Below are positions 24,656 to 39,400 of a DNA stretch of 64,000 bases, piece after piece. The notes below the pieces were generated by a model that had not been told where the DNA came from, made no database searches, and saw nothing but the letters and a program-made list of their open reading frames with translations. The position numbers were made by a program, and so were the translations under genes. Origin of the DNA: Antedon mediterranea (lineage: Eukaryota; Animalia; Echinodermata). Within the stretch, counting starts at the first letter, position 1, and the number at the start of each line of letters is the position of its first letter. The stretch spans positions 19,750,912 through 19,814,911 of the forward strand of contig NC_092675.1 in NCBI RefSeq assembly GCF_964355755.1. Direction: 5' to 3'.

Positions 24656-27600
24656 ATGCTGTTGCTTCTTGCTGTTGCCTTTGTTTATTTGATATCTGGC
24701 ACGGACACTTGTAAGTTGTTTGTATATAATTAGAATAGATGGTAAATCATAAATTGTATGTTCCATTTTGTTAAACTTAGAAAAGGCCAGTTTTTTATTG
24801 CTTATTTAGCACCAACGTATTGGAATAATCTGGATACAACTACCGTGATTCGTTTAAATACTGTAAGCTCATTTAGAATGCATATGAAAACCTTTTATTT
24901 CTCTAGCTATCAAACCAATGACTACTAAATATGTTGCGCATTGTACATTTTAATTCATTTTATGCATTTTATGTGTTGTGTTAACGGCACCGATATGTTC
25001 TCTTATCTGTGAGACAAGTTGTAATCTTGATCCCTAAAATGGTAAATTGTTGATTATTGTTAAAATATTGTTTGTAATGAAAAAAATGACCATTTTAAAA
25101 TAAATGTTTATTGAAACTAAAACTATTGAAACTAAGTACCTTTTCATTTGTAACGTTTTCAATGTGCTTTGATTGTATAAAGTATACTTTTAGTATGATT
25201 ACATTTAATGTGTATTAGGCCTACAACAGGATAGCCTTTCTGTTGGTTATAGGCCTACAATTTTGTAGCTAAGGATTATTAATATTATGTAATTTTCAGC
25301 ATACTTGTCCTACAAAGCACAGGCGACTTCAACATCAGTGGTTTATTGGGATTATGCAAGCTTTGCAACTGATGGAATAGATTATACCAATTTCGACTGT
25401 TATCATTCTAGTAAGATACTCAGTTAGTGCTACTTATCAGCAATAGCTTACTTACTAAACCAATAGTTATAATAGGGAACGTTCGATTACCGACGACCTC
25501 CCTATTTCAAGTAAATCCTGGACATTTGCATAGAAACCATCATAACTGTCGAGGGATTGCGCACAGTAAAGTCAATAAAACCAACTCATTACAATATTAG
25601 ATACTCCGGACCCACATTATGATATAATCTACCTTCCTTCATTTTAGAATCCGCCTCCAAAAAGTATTTTTAAAACAAATGAACAATCATATCTTCTCTT
25701 ATTATTAGCCTGTCATGTTCTGACCTGTACCTTTTCCATATTGTTTACTCATTTTTTTTTAAATGTATTTATTTTTTTAAGGCTCGCCGCCCATCTCAAG
25801 GTGTTTGTCTTCTTATTTCCGGGCATCTGCTTTCATTCTCTAACCTATTATCATTATATTATTTGCATTGTATTTTTCCTTTCTTTTTTTGTCAGAGTTT
25901 GTAAATAAATGTTATGAAACGAAAAGCTTGAAAATAAACAAGACGTACTTTGTTGGTTGTCGGTCGCAAATCGAAAGCTTCCTGTACAAACTACGTATAC
26001 ATGTGTTAGTTAAATTGTAAGCTGTAATAATTGCATATCCAAAAACTGTCTTTTTATTTAAATTTAACCTATTGTAATTATAAACTCACAGGTTATCACT
26101 ATCAACCATGGATGAAAGTGGATCTTTCACAGGAACACAAAGTCACGAGTGTGACGATCATCAATATGGTTGACCAAGGTAACAGTACCACAATTATGTT
26201 TTGCACAAAATGTGTAGCCTATAATATAATATCAAAATCGCTAAATTTAGGTTTATATTTGGTGAGTTTTGATTTATAAATAATTTATTTCACAAAGGAC
26301 GTGTCTTTCATAAACGATTACAAGATGCTGAAGTACGAATTGGATCTGATTATTCTTACCCAAGCACATTGTGTGGATCCGTTACTGATGTCCAGACTAG
26401 CCCTATCATCGACATCATCTGTAAAGTTCCAATCATTGGTCGTTACGTAATGGTATGGTTTTCATCAAAAACGCAGTATTTGAACTTTTGTGAAATAAAA
26501 GTCTATGCGGAATATGAATATGTAACTGGTATGTCAGCCTAAAGTATCTTTCAAAACTTTATTTTAAATAGTATTAATGTTCAAAGTTACATAACAGTCT
26601 AACAAGCCACATTCTTATTGTATTCTAGTTACAGTAGGCCTATTGTAATTCAATTAAAGTTTTGAACCATGTAATAAACGCATTTACAAAAGTCATCTTA
26701 ATCATAATTGTGCCAGATATAAAATACAGGGTTCACATATTAACGATCTTCCATTACTTTCAGGTGATTTTCAGAGAATTCTGAATCCCATCACACTGTT
26801 TACTTTGAGTATGGCTTGTTTGTTGGAAAACTTCTACGGAAAGCTGCCAATACGACCATGTAACTATGGTAATAATGAGTGTGCAGGTGACACTTCAGAG
26901 TCGATTGAGGTTGCGACTTTAGACCCATACTCCAGCGGAATACAAACGTTGACAATCGCCTTCTATGTCTACCCGTACCAGAGTTCGATGGGCGATATTG
27001 TTGGATTATTCGAAAAAGGAACCAGTCTACGAATACAACAAACGTATTCAAATGGCAATCTATATCAATCTGAGGTAACTGTATTCTATGGAAATCAGGA
27101 ACTGACTAGAGCTCATGTTCTATTGCCTGAAGTCTGGACATTTCTTACTCTGACTTTCGATGGAATCAATGAAAACGTCAAACTCTGGAGGAATGGAGAG
27201 ATTGCAAGTATTGGTTATACACAACGTACGCATTTAGATTTCTATTTCAATGAGACAACAATCAAAATTGGACATGATGGCTCCGAGGCACAAGCTAACG
27301 TGGCGATGTTTCAAATTTATGATAGAGTACTTGACGAATCCGAGATCAAAGCAGTACGAGATCGTTCTACTAATGGTAATAAATATAATACTTCTTAAAT
27401 AATTAAATATCAATACCTCTCATATCTCCACCGATAGTTAACTGATAGCACTGTTTTTGTTGATGTAAATCAGTGCAAACTTGGGCTTTTGAGCTCTAAG
27501 CTCCGAGTGATATTGTCTCTCTTTGTAATAATTTTTTTATAATTTCTATATTAAATTTCAGGTCAAGACGGTCTTTACGAGACCCTGTTAACATTAGCGG

Positions 27601-27797
27601 ACTTTCAGGGCAAAATTCTACATACTGTATATTCTCGATCATTGGTTCATTGTGGTCAGATATGCAAATCAAAATGCTGTGACGTGTTCAAGTTTACAAT
27701 GGCTAATAACAGTTGCACCTTGTATTCAACTCAGCAACCTCACGAAACATTTGCAGTAATAAACGGCGAACATTACAGACATGTTAACGTAATCTAA
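24656..27797 (+). CDS. Secreted F-type lectin / LamG-like / PAN-like protein, copy 4
   Basis: Exons 24656-24710, 25300-25410, 26092-26178, 26298-26528, 26764-27375, 27562-27797. Offset 8206 from copy 3. Confidence 0.9.
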
Positions 27798-30700
27798 CAG
27801 ATAATTGATTGAGTCATGTTTAAGAAAATATAATTGGAAAAGTAATGTTATTTTCTTGCATATAACATTGAATAGTATAATACTGTATTCATATTTATCT
27901 CATAGCTCATCAGCCTCCCATTGGCGCGCCATACCAAATTTAAACTAGAAAGCCACTCCGAGTCCTACTGTAACAATTCTCATACATATATATATTTGTG
28001 TGTGTCTTAATGCTGTTTGTGATTTAGGCTAGTTTCACTACAAGCATGTGTATGCGAGTTTGGTGTTATTCATTTTGGTAAAGATCTTTTAATTACTTTT
28101 TGAGTAATCCTGCTAACAAACAAACAAACAGACAAATGAAAGCACTCAGAAACTGAGTGAAGTACTTGGCAAAATATATCCACTGACTTGGAGCATGATA
28201 CATTTTTTTGCTTTAGGTATCAGCTTTACATGGTTATGTTTTAAAATTACAAATCACAAATTATAACCCTTGCCTCTTGTCCAAAAATGAGGTTTTTGGA
28301 CAAGAGTAGTTCTCGAGAAAATGCAATTTCAGTTTACGTGTTGCTTTAAGATTTCTCACAGGCTTTTGAAAATGGTCTCCTATCTTTTAACACTAGCCGG
28401 TCTGAAAATAATATCATTTGTGTTATTTGTGAAGTTATTAATAGGCTACACCAATGTTGTTGATTTTCAATAAGCATTGTCTGAAAGTATATACCTATCT
28501 ACACCTAAACAATTAAGTAACGATAACTTGAAAACTGTATCGCTATCGTGCTAACAAACAAACATATATACAAACAAAGTAAATACTATACTTGGCAAAA
28601 TTTCGTTTTGCCAAGAAACAAACACACGCGATCGATTACATATACCTCCTTGGCGGAAGTAAATAATGTGTCTCAACCAACGAACAGTATCGCTTTGTCA
28701 TCAGAAGGGCATCAGTTGATGTGGATAAAAATAAAAAAACACTACTTTTTATTGATAAACTAGCAGCTTAACTACAAAATGCTAATTGTTCACTTGGTAA
28801 TGTTGTTAGCCGTTGTAAATGTATAGGCGTAATTAACAAGTACGTCCCTTTTCGACATTCGATTATTGTTATTATTATTACTTGTATAGCGCACATTTAT
28901 ACAACATTTAATTATAATCAGCGGTGCTTCACATCAATTAGTATCGTAACATTGTTTGAAATATAGTGCTTTTAAATGTTTTTTAAACTGATTATAGTCG
29001 TCTAAGTGTTTAATGTGACTTGGTAATCTGTTCCAAATTTTGGGTCCTGCTACGACGAACGAACGGTCAGCAAATGTCTTTCGTTTAGTTCGTGGGATTG
29101 TCAGGTTATAATTGCTGGTGCTTAAATAGTGTTTCTGTGCATATGTAAATAAACCTGTTAAGACAGAAAACAGAAAATTATTGACAGAGCGTATGAATAT
29201 GTATAATATTTTCTAATCGATTGTTCTTTAAATAGAGATAGATGTATTTTTTCTATTCGCAAGCATAGACCTCTTTGAATAGAAGAACGATCTATTGATT
29301 CTCATTAAAATAATAATTATATTGAATTATATATAAACAAACCAATCGCAAGCGTCGCGTCCGTTTTGTAGAAACAACAATAATTTGGTAGAGTACATTA
29401 ATTATGGGGTGTTCACTATCTAAGAGTCTATTAAACACGTGCGTCACCCATCGTGTAGCCAAAACATTTATTTATTTACATCCCTAAATGTACAATCGCG
29501 TATTCTGTAATTTTACTCTGACTCTATTCAATTGTTGTTTGACGTTCAATATATTCACCAATTATCGTTCAACAAATTACACAAGAAACTCAAATTGCGA
29601 AAATAAAAGATCGCGAAATAGTTAAAAATGTAAAATCGCGAAAATTTAGGGCCGCGAAAATGTTGGACTTTACAATACTAAATTTATTAGTATTTTAAAC
29701 CAGATTTACAGTAAATATATTCATTTATTTATATTAGTTTTCTTATTGTTTGCTTAACACAAGTAGAAAAATATAAATCAGGTTAATGATTTAAAAAACA
29801 AAACAAAAAAACTTACTTTTGAAAATAAAAGTATGTATGTATGTTGTCGTCGCGGATCGAAAGTTGTATCCGATATTGTCGAACCGGTTGGTGGCGTGCT
29901 TTGGTATGTAAATCTAATTTACATACCATGAGTCGGTTGTTATGATTGCGGTATGTGCGCATCCGAAGAAGACGTTTTATTTTCACGAAAGAAAGATATA
30001 AACAATTTGGCTGCTTTCGTTGTAAGTAGATTGTTAATTATAATGCTAAACTGTATTGAAACTATTCTACCTTGTTCTGAACAATTTGATTCGATTTTAT
30101 GTAGTGCAAAGTTCAAAGGTCAATAATGTTAGAATCGGCCATTTTTTTTGCAAAAACATGCCATTAGACTAAATATAAATATGTAGTTTCTGAACAGTTT
30201 GAGCCATATTGTGTGTCTCTCAGATTAGTGGCTGCTAAGATATGATAAATCAAGGTCAAAGGTCAATAATGTTAGAATCCGCCATTTTTTGCAAAAACAT
30301 GCCATTAGACTGGATATAAATGTGTAGTTTCTGAACAATTTAAGCCCTAATTATCTCCGATTAGTGGTTGCTGATATATGATAAATCAAGGTCAAAGGTC
30401 AATAATGTTAGAAATAGCACTTCCATTCATTTTTGGACAAACTTTTTCATTACAGTGAATATAAAAACATATATTCTAACGATTTTAACACCATAATTAA
30501 GTATCTGTGACTAGCGGTTTCCAAGATACATAGTACATTATTAAAAATGGCCGCCGTTTCGAAAAATGTCCTAACGTTGATAAATGTGTTCAGTGAGGTC
30601 TAAAAAACATATTTCATAAAAAAAAATTTTTCTTGCAATTTGTGTGAGTTAAAAGTCTAAATCCCATGGACTATTGGTGTTGTTGCATTGATATAGGACA

Positions 30701-32864
30701 AATCCTAGTTGTATTGAATGATCTTACTCTAAGGTCCATTTACACTAGGACGATAACGATCGATAAATAGATAAACATGCATTTTTCATACATAACCATC
30801 TATGCTTCTTTTGATGAAAATAATATTTGTACACGTCCAAAAAATGACGTCATGATAAATATGTTTATCAAATATCATCTGCAAAATGTAACAACTTGTA
30901 ACAACAATTTTCTGGAAAATCCCCTGTGAAATCTCGGGATAAAAACACACCAACAAAAGGCCTGTGTTTTTTAAATGTTCCAAGATCTTCCGAGTTTTTT
31001 TACTGCGCGCATGTATTGCTCTGGTATTAACTAACCAATCATAGTAATCAAATAGCGCCCAACTATCCTTCCCACGAGATTTTACAAGGTTCGCCGATGC
31101 GTGTGTGGAAACATGTAATAAGTCGGCAGATTACAAGTTGTTAGAAGTTGTAATAATTTACGCAGATGGAATAACTTACCCATCAACATACATAAATCCA
31201 CAACGAAGAAAATCTTTTCCTATAATTTTAAACGCCATATTAGTTTAACTTATAAAATAATAAAGAAAAGTGAAAAATAAATACCTCTACTCATTGTAAT
31301 CGATCAACTGCCTCTGTTTGTATCTTGTGTTTCAGTATTTGTGTGTATGTTTCTGTTTGTTTTTGTTGTGTTACTGCATACAGTATGAAACAGTATGAAA
31401 CAGTATGAAACAGTATATGTATGAAACATAATGTATGAAAGAGCATTATTAATAATATCTACGGCTTGCCCAACACACGTTTCTCTTGGGTTTTAGGCGC
31501 GTGCAACGCGACCCTACAGCTCACTATGTCGGTCGGTCGGTCGGTCGGTAAACACTAACTTGAGCACGCGACTGCAACCATGAATATGCCCGTGTTCCTT
31601 TTGATTTTACTTTTTGGGACCTTGCCACTTTAAAAAATGAATACCATTTTTTTTTAAACACTTCTTTCTTTTCCTGTCTGTTTAATTTCATAAAATATTT
31701 GTAAATTAAAAGAAATGTTCTTTTTTTATTGTTAGTTTGTTTTGAAAGAAATAAATGTTAACTTGACTTGACCTGAGATGTGAAAAGGGTATTAGACAGC
31801 ATAGATGGTTATCCTATAGTTCTAGCACAAAACGTTTCTAATTTCTTTTGTTTTATCCAAGACAAAAGTAGGCCTATGTTTATCTTTTTATTGTCGATCA
31901 TTATCGCCCTAGTGTAAATGGGCCTTAAAGCTATATGTTATATTTTATCCATATAGTTACTTAATTTACTTAATTGTTGGAATATGCTGATAATGATTTC
32001 ACTTTTCAGTAATAGTTTCAGTAGAAGTTGATTATAATCATTGAATATTATGCAATGATAGTGTTCATTACGAATGGTGATAATTATCGTAACATTTAAT
32101 GTCGATGTTTAAATGTATGATTGAACGAAGATAAGTAAATATAATTATTGTGGAAACTCATTTCGGCATACATCTAGGGCCGTGTTTCCGCAGCCAGAAA
32201 TTAATCGATAAAAATTAACCGATGAACTGGGGTTTAACCGATTCCACTCGAGAAAAATTAAGCGATAATCTATCATGCAAATCGGATAATTATCGGATAA
32301 ATGCGATACTTTTTAACCTTTGACCTGAGGACACATTTTTGTTTGGTAGTGACTGATCATGCGCACTTATTGGTAAACAATTTTATCGGATAATTTTGTT
32401 TTGGCTGCCGAAACACGGCCTAGTGGACATTACGCGCCGAAATCTGGGGTTTGAAACCATCCAGATTCTCAAACCGTACGTAATAAGAATGGATAAATGC
32501 GAACAAACAGAGTTTGTATTCGTGAAACGACTGTACCATCTACGAATTGTAAAAGAGGTACCAAATTAATTAAAACATACATTTACTAACGTTTACTAAG
32601 AACATAACATTTTATGAACAAAATATACTACTAAAAAAATAAATACTTTATTGTAGGCCTGTGTAAAAAAATGTCCCCACTCGTTAACCACATAATTTCA
32701 CTGGTACAGTAGTCATGGATATTTGCAAACATATTTTTTATAACTGTATTTATGTGTTGTGTAGTTATGGTTACTTGTAATAAGCGGTTTTAATAATTGC
32801 AACTTTTTTATTAACTACGAAAAACACATCAACGTTTATCATTTCGAAAGGCAAGACTGTAACA

Positions 32865-35800
32865 ATGCTGTTGCTTCTTGCTGTTGCCTTTGTTTATTTG
32901 ATATCTGGCACGGACACTTGTAAGTTGTTTGTATATAATTAGAATAGATGGTAAATCATAAATTGTATGTTCCATTTTGTTAAACTTAGAAAAGGCCAGT
33001 TTTTTATTGCTTATTTAGCACCAACGTATTGGAATAATCTGGATACAACTACCGTGATTCGTTTAAATACTGTAAGCTCATTTAGAATGCATATGAAAAC
33101 CTTTATTTCTCTAGCTATCAAACCAATGACTACTAAATATGTTGCGCATTGTACATTTTAATTCATTTTATGCATTTTATGTGTTGTGTTAACGGCACCG
33201 ATATGTTCTCTTATCTGTGAGACAAGTTGTAATCTTGATCCCTAAAATGGTAAATTGTTGATTATTGTTAAAATATTGTTTGTAATGAAAAAAATGACCA
33301 TTTTAAAATAAATGTTTATTGAAACTAAAACTATTGAAACTAAGTACCTTTTCATTTGTAACGTTTTCAATGTGCTTTGATTGTATAAAGTATACTTTTA
33401 GTATGATTACATTTAATGTGTATTAGGCCTACAACAGGATAGCCTTTCTGTTGGTTATAGGCCTACAATTTTGTAGCTAAGGATTATTAATATTATGTAA
33501 TTTTCAGCATACTTGTCCTACAAAGCACAGGCGACTTCAACATCAGTGGTTTATTGGAATTATGCAAGCTTTGCAACTGATGGAATAGATTATACCAATT
33601 TCGACTGTTATCATTCTAGTAAGATACTCAGTTAGTGCTACTTATCAGCAATAGCTTACTTACTAAACCAATAGTTATAATAGGGAACGTTCGATTACCG
33701 ACGACCTCCCTATTTCAAGTAAATCCTGGACATTTGCATAGAAACCATCATAACTGTCGAGGGATTGCGCACAGTAAAGTCAATAAAACCAACTCATTAC
33801 AATATTAGATACTCCGGACCCACATTATGATATAATCTACCTTCCTCCATTTTAGAATCCGCCTCCAAAAAGTATTTTTAAAACAAATGAACAATCATAT
33901 CTTCTCTTATTATTAGCCTGTCATGTTCTGACCTGTACCTTTTCCATATTGTTTACTCATTTTTTTTTTAATGTATTTATTTTTTTAAGGCTCGCCGCCC
34001 ATCTCAAGGTGTTTGTCTTCTTATTTCCGGGCATCTGCCTTCATTCTCTAACCTATTATCATTATATTATTTGCATTGTATTTTTCCTTTCTTTTTTTGT
34101 CAGAGTTTGTAAATAAATGTTATGAAACGAAAAGCTTGAAAATAAACAAGACGTACTGTGTTGGTTGTCGGTCGCAAATCGAAAGCTTCCTGTACAAACT
34201 ACGTATACATGTGTTAGTTAAATTGTAAGCTGTAATAATTGCATATCCAAAAACTGTCTTTTTATTTAAATTTAACCTATTGTAATTATAAACTCACAGG
34301 TTATCACTATCAACCATGGATGAAAGTGGATCTTTCACAGGAACACAAAGTCACGAGTGTGACGATCATCAATATGGTTGACCAAGGTAACAGTACCACA
34401 ATTATGTTTTGCACAAAATGTGTAGCCTATAATATAATATCAAAATCGCTAAATTTAGGTTTATATTTGGTGAGTTTTGATTTATAAATAATTTATTTCA
34501 CAAAGGACGTGTCTTTCATAAACGATTACAAGATGCTGAAGTACGAATTGGATCTGATTATTCTTACCCAAGCACATTGTGTGGATCCGTTACTGATGTC
34601 CAGACTAGCCCTATCATCGACATCATCTGTAAAGTTCCAATCATTGGTCGTTACGTAATGGTATGGTTTTCATCAAAAACGCAGTATTTGAACTTTTGTG
34701 AAATAAAAGTCTATGCGGAATATGAATATGTAACTGGTATGTCAGCCTAAAGTATCTTTCAAAACTTTATTTTAAATAGTATTAATGTTCAAAGTTACAT
34801 AACAGTCTAACAAGCCACATTCTTATTGTATTCTAGTTACAGTAGGCCTATTGTAATTCAATTAAAGTTTTGAACCATGTAATAAACGCATTTACAAAAG
34901 TCATCTTAATCATAATTGTGCCAGATATAAAATACAGGGTTCACATATTAACGATCTTCCATTACTTTCAGGTGATTTTCAGAGAATTCTGAATCCCATC
35001 ACACTGTTTACTTTGAGTATGGCTTGTTTGTTGGAAAACTTCTACGGAAAGCTGCCAATACGACCATGTAACTATGGTAATAATGAGTGTGCAGGTGACA
35101 CTTCAGAGTCGATTGAGGTTGCGACTTTAGACCCATACTCCAGCAGAATACAAACGTTGACAATCGCCTTCTATGTCTACCCGTACCAGAGTTCGATGGG
35201 CGATATTGTTGGATTATTCGAAAAAGGAACCAGTCTACGAATACAACAAACGTATTCAAATGGCAATCTATATCAATCTGAGGTAACTGTATTCTATGGA
35301 AATCAGGAACTGACTAGAGCTCATGTTCTATTGCCTGAAGTCTGGACATTTCTTACTCTGACTTTCGATGGAATCAATGAAAACGTCAAACTCTGGAGGA
35401 ATGGAGAGATTGCAAGTATTGGTTATACACAACGTACGCATTTAGATTTCTATTTCAATGAGACAACAATCAAAATTGGACATGATGGCTCCGAGGCACA
35501 AGCTAACGTGGCGATGTTTCAAATTTATGATAGAGTACTTGACGAATCCGAGATCAAAGCAGTACGAGATCGTTCTACTAATGGTAATAAATATTATGTT
35601 CTTAAATAAAGTAAAAAGTGAATTTTTTTTATATCTGCACCGACAATAAATGACTATTGAGTTTTAAGCGCAGAGCTCTTATCTTCTGTGGGTGATATCG
35701 TTCCCGGGCAATTAGTATATTTCAATTTTGTTATATTTCAGGTCAAGACGGTCTTTACGAGAGCCTGTTAACATTAGCAGACTTTCAGGGCAAAATTCTA

Positions 35801-35977
35801 TATACTGTATATTCTCGATCATTGGTTCATTGTGGTCAGATGTGCAAATCAAAATGCTGTAATGTGCTCAAGTTTACAATGGCTAATAACAGTTGCACCT
35901 TGTATTCAACTCAGCAACCTCAAGAAACATTTGCAGTAATTAACGGCGAACATTTCAGACATGTTAACGTAATCTAG
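32865..35977 (+). CDS. Secreted F-type lectin / LamG-like / PAN-like protein, copy 5 (divergent last intron and exon)
   Basis: Exons 32865-32919, 33508-33618, 34300-34386, 34506-34736, 34972-35583, 35742-35977 (TAG stop). G>R change in exon 5; 7 amino-acid changes in exon 6. Confidence 0.88.
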
Positions 35978-36268
35978 AAAGAATTATTTTTGAACTGTAA
36001 CACTATTTACCTTGTAGTCGCACAAGTGAACTGAAAGTATATGCATTTTCGCACAGTAAGCATATTAACTGTCTGTACATAACAGAATGTTAATTAGTCG
36101 TACAGAAATGATATTTAATGGGCATTATATAATTATGTCAAACACACTCATGGAGGTGGAACAATTGGCAGACGTTTAATTGATATTGTTATTAAAATTA
36201 TTATATATTTAGCAATGGCACATATTCAAACTGTCGCTAATTGTGTTTCTTTATTAATACATAGTTGG

Positions 36269-36393
<125 letters not shown>

Positions 36394-36482
36394 TGGAATA
36401 CGTTGTAGGTTTTAATTTCCGTTCAACAGTGTAAAAACCAACTGCTTTTGAGGACTCATTTCGAGCAGAATTCTATACAGTG

Positions 36483-39400
36483 TCACGTATCGTCTAATAC
36501 CCTCGACTGTCTGTATAGTTCGTCACCAGATATATACGGCTTTGTCAGTAAAAACTTCCTTATCATAGGATTAGCATCCATATCATACTGAACAGCAGCA
36601 CACTGAAATAAGAAAAGAGTTCTGTTCACCTGATCTCTTGTAACATCTTCAGAACCAATGCGAATACTTGATTCACAAGGTGAAGAGAGCTTTGTTTCAG
36701 TTACTTTGTGTTTTTGCGTTTTGATGAAATTGAAGAGATTTCCCCAGTCCAGAAGTTCTTCATCCATCCAACTACCTGCTCTGGCTATTTTATTTTGAGC
36801 TTTGTATTCAGAACCTAATCGTTGTGCATATTCTAAGATTAGTTTCTGTATATGCTTCCGTCTTTCAGGAGATACTGACGAACATACCTCCTCACGTGAA
36901 TGACATTCTCTTACGTCAGTATCTTCTACCGAATGCGTTCCCGAACGCGTTATTGGCAATCGTAACGCCCGCCAGGCAGACGCAAAGGAATGCATGGCAT
37001 CTTCTGCTAAATTTGTACTTGATCTAGAATTATCTGCTTGTTCTTCTGTAACTAACATAACTGGTTCTTTATAAGGACTCACTGCTGATGAGTTTAACCT
37101 TTTGACATGAGCGTCGATTAAAGTCTCATCGAATTCAAATTCAGATGCAATTACATCTTGTAAGATTGTGCCAATAAATGGTATACAATGTGAAGTGTTT
37201 GCGATTCTCATTGCTTGGCGGAATGACGTGTATCCATCTGCATCAGTTGAAAATTCTTCAAGTTCACTAAATTTTCTGCAAGGAAATGCCATGAAAATGA
37301 CTTTAATTCTATCATATATATTGCGCTAATTTGATATTTTGTGCGCGTAAATTGCGTTACTAAGATTGTGGCGTTATAAAACCGTGTTATGGCGAAAAAG
37401 GTACCGTAAAGGAAAAATATCTGGTCTTCTGTTGATCAATTATTTCATCGACTATATAAACAATTGATAACAAATTACGTACAGTACCTGAATTTCTCAG
37501 GATATTCTTCTTCAAGATTTCTCCAAGTTCCATACAGACGATAAATTGGTATGATTTGTAACGCAGCCAGACACGTGCGCAACGAGTGATAGTTATTCAA
37601 CAGTTGACACTCGCAAGCAATCTTTGACGATATTTCAAAAAACTGTTATTTAGCACGGCAGTATTGTAAATTACAAAACTCTCATAAAGCCTAAACATAA
37701 TGTTATTAAAATCGTAGTTCTGAGTATAAAGATAAATTACAATTGGTATCCCTTAAGCCCGGCGCACACTAGAGCTTTCGGCTGAGCCAACTGGCACGAG
37801 TAACACTTGGCTCACTAAAAAAATTGCCGCAAACTATGTTCGCGTTCTATCGGACGCACACTAAACGCCTTCAGTACGCGATTTTCTGATTGGATAATTA
37901 CTACGCTATACAGCACGCGCTGAAATATCATAATAAATCAGAACATGTCATGCGCAGTGGAATTTTTTAGTGAGCAGGAAGCTCACGTTCGGCGCACACT
38001 TGAGGAAAATGGCACGCGTGCCAAAAAATATTAAACACGATAGATATTTTCCTCAGCGGCACGCGTGGCCGATTCCTCACGAAATTCCCGGCGCACACTG
38101 TGAGGCAAGTGTTACTCGTGGCAGTTGGCTCAGCCGGAAGCTCTAGTGTGCGCCGGGCTTTATAAAGAGTGCTAGATTCTCCACTGTATGAAAATAAAGT
38201 AAATAATAGAAAATATGGAAGAAGATTAAGAATGAACGAAAAGGCGATGGCGACAGAGATAAAACCTGATAGGTTTCAACTGCATTGCAAAAAAATTATC
38301 ATATTAACGACACTTAAGTGTATACTTACATCAATGATATTTGCGACTCGTTCTGTCCTTGAGTTAATGCACGTCTCTTTTATTATTTCAGATGCTAATA
38401 ATCCCACAATTCTCATTGCTATATCCAAGATTGCTAATACATGTTTAGCATGTACCTCCTGAAAAGTGCAAATATTTCGAATCATACTATTTTGAAACAA
38501 ATTACGAAATGGTCAGACTACACCCAACATGAATCACAATTCTCAATTGCATGGATTTGTCTGCGAATGTTAAATCTTAAATGAAAGTTTTATGTAGCTG
38601 GTTATTGTATGAGAATAAAAGTACTGACCTTTTCGTTCTTTTGCCAAGCGCAATTGGCAAGTTCCGACTCGTGCAGTCTCAATAGCATTTCCATGTCTAT
38701 CAGTGTTAACTCTTTGGCGATATCTGCTGGATCGACGTAGCCTATTGATTCCAATTCATTGCTTTGACTGGAACTAGCGTCGTCGTCGTTTTGATGTTTG
38801 CTCGAACCGATTATACTCATTCGACGTGTGCCTGCTAACAATTTATGTAGCTTGTTTGGCTTTCGGGTTGTTTGTTCTTTTTTCCTCGACGTTTCATATT
38901 CCATTCTGTTGTCATTGATTCCTTAACAGGTTATAAGTGAAATAAGAAAGATCACTTAGAAAGAATGTAGCTTCATCATACACTCAGAAACATACATAAA
39001 TAATAATAGTACAAAGAAAAAAAAAAGAATTAACGAAGTTCAATGAGACCACAATCTACAAAAGAACTCTAATCGAAACCCAGAACGTAACGTACCGGTA
39101 AATCAAGCACATACAATCAGTCAACTAACCTGAAATGTTGATAGATGACGCTACATTTAGATTTCTGTAAAAGTGTTTAAATATTGTATGATAATTTTCA
39201 AACAAACTATTTTGACACTAACTTAATAATAAACTACAGTAGAACCTCTTTTTGGTACTCTTTTGGAAATATTGTTTTATCACTAAAAAGCCCCATGGAC
39301 ATCTTTCCTTGACACCAATGGCCACCCCTATTAGAAACGTGTTGGGTCTGGAAGGATTGTACTAAACAAGAAACTGTTTTTACCTTTCGTTTGTTATCAA

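Larger units (their letters stand above)
1..35592. repeat. Tandem gene-containing segmental array, about 8.2-8.5 kb unit, at least 4.3 units, extending beyond the left window edge
   Basis: The anchor 'accaatgactactaaatatg' recurs at 1, 8192, 16708, 24914 and 33122. Near-identical ORFs recur at 1882, 10083, 18599, 26805 and 35013. Near-identity stops just inside intron 5 of the last copy (about 35592). Confidence 0.97.

Noticed and set aside
1-35592. The array being a pure assembly artefact
   Set aside because: The units carry many distinct SNPs and indels and have different lengths. Only units 3 and 4 are close enough that exact copy number needs read-depth confirmation.
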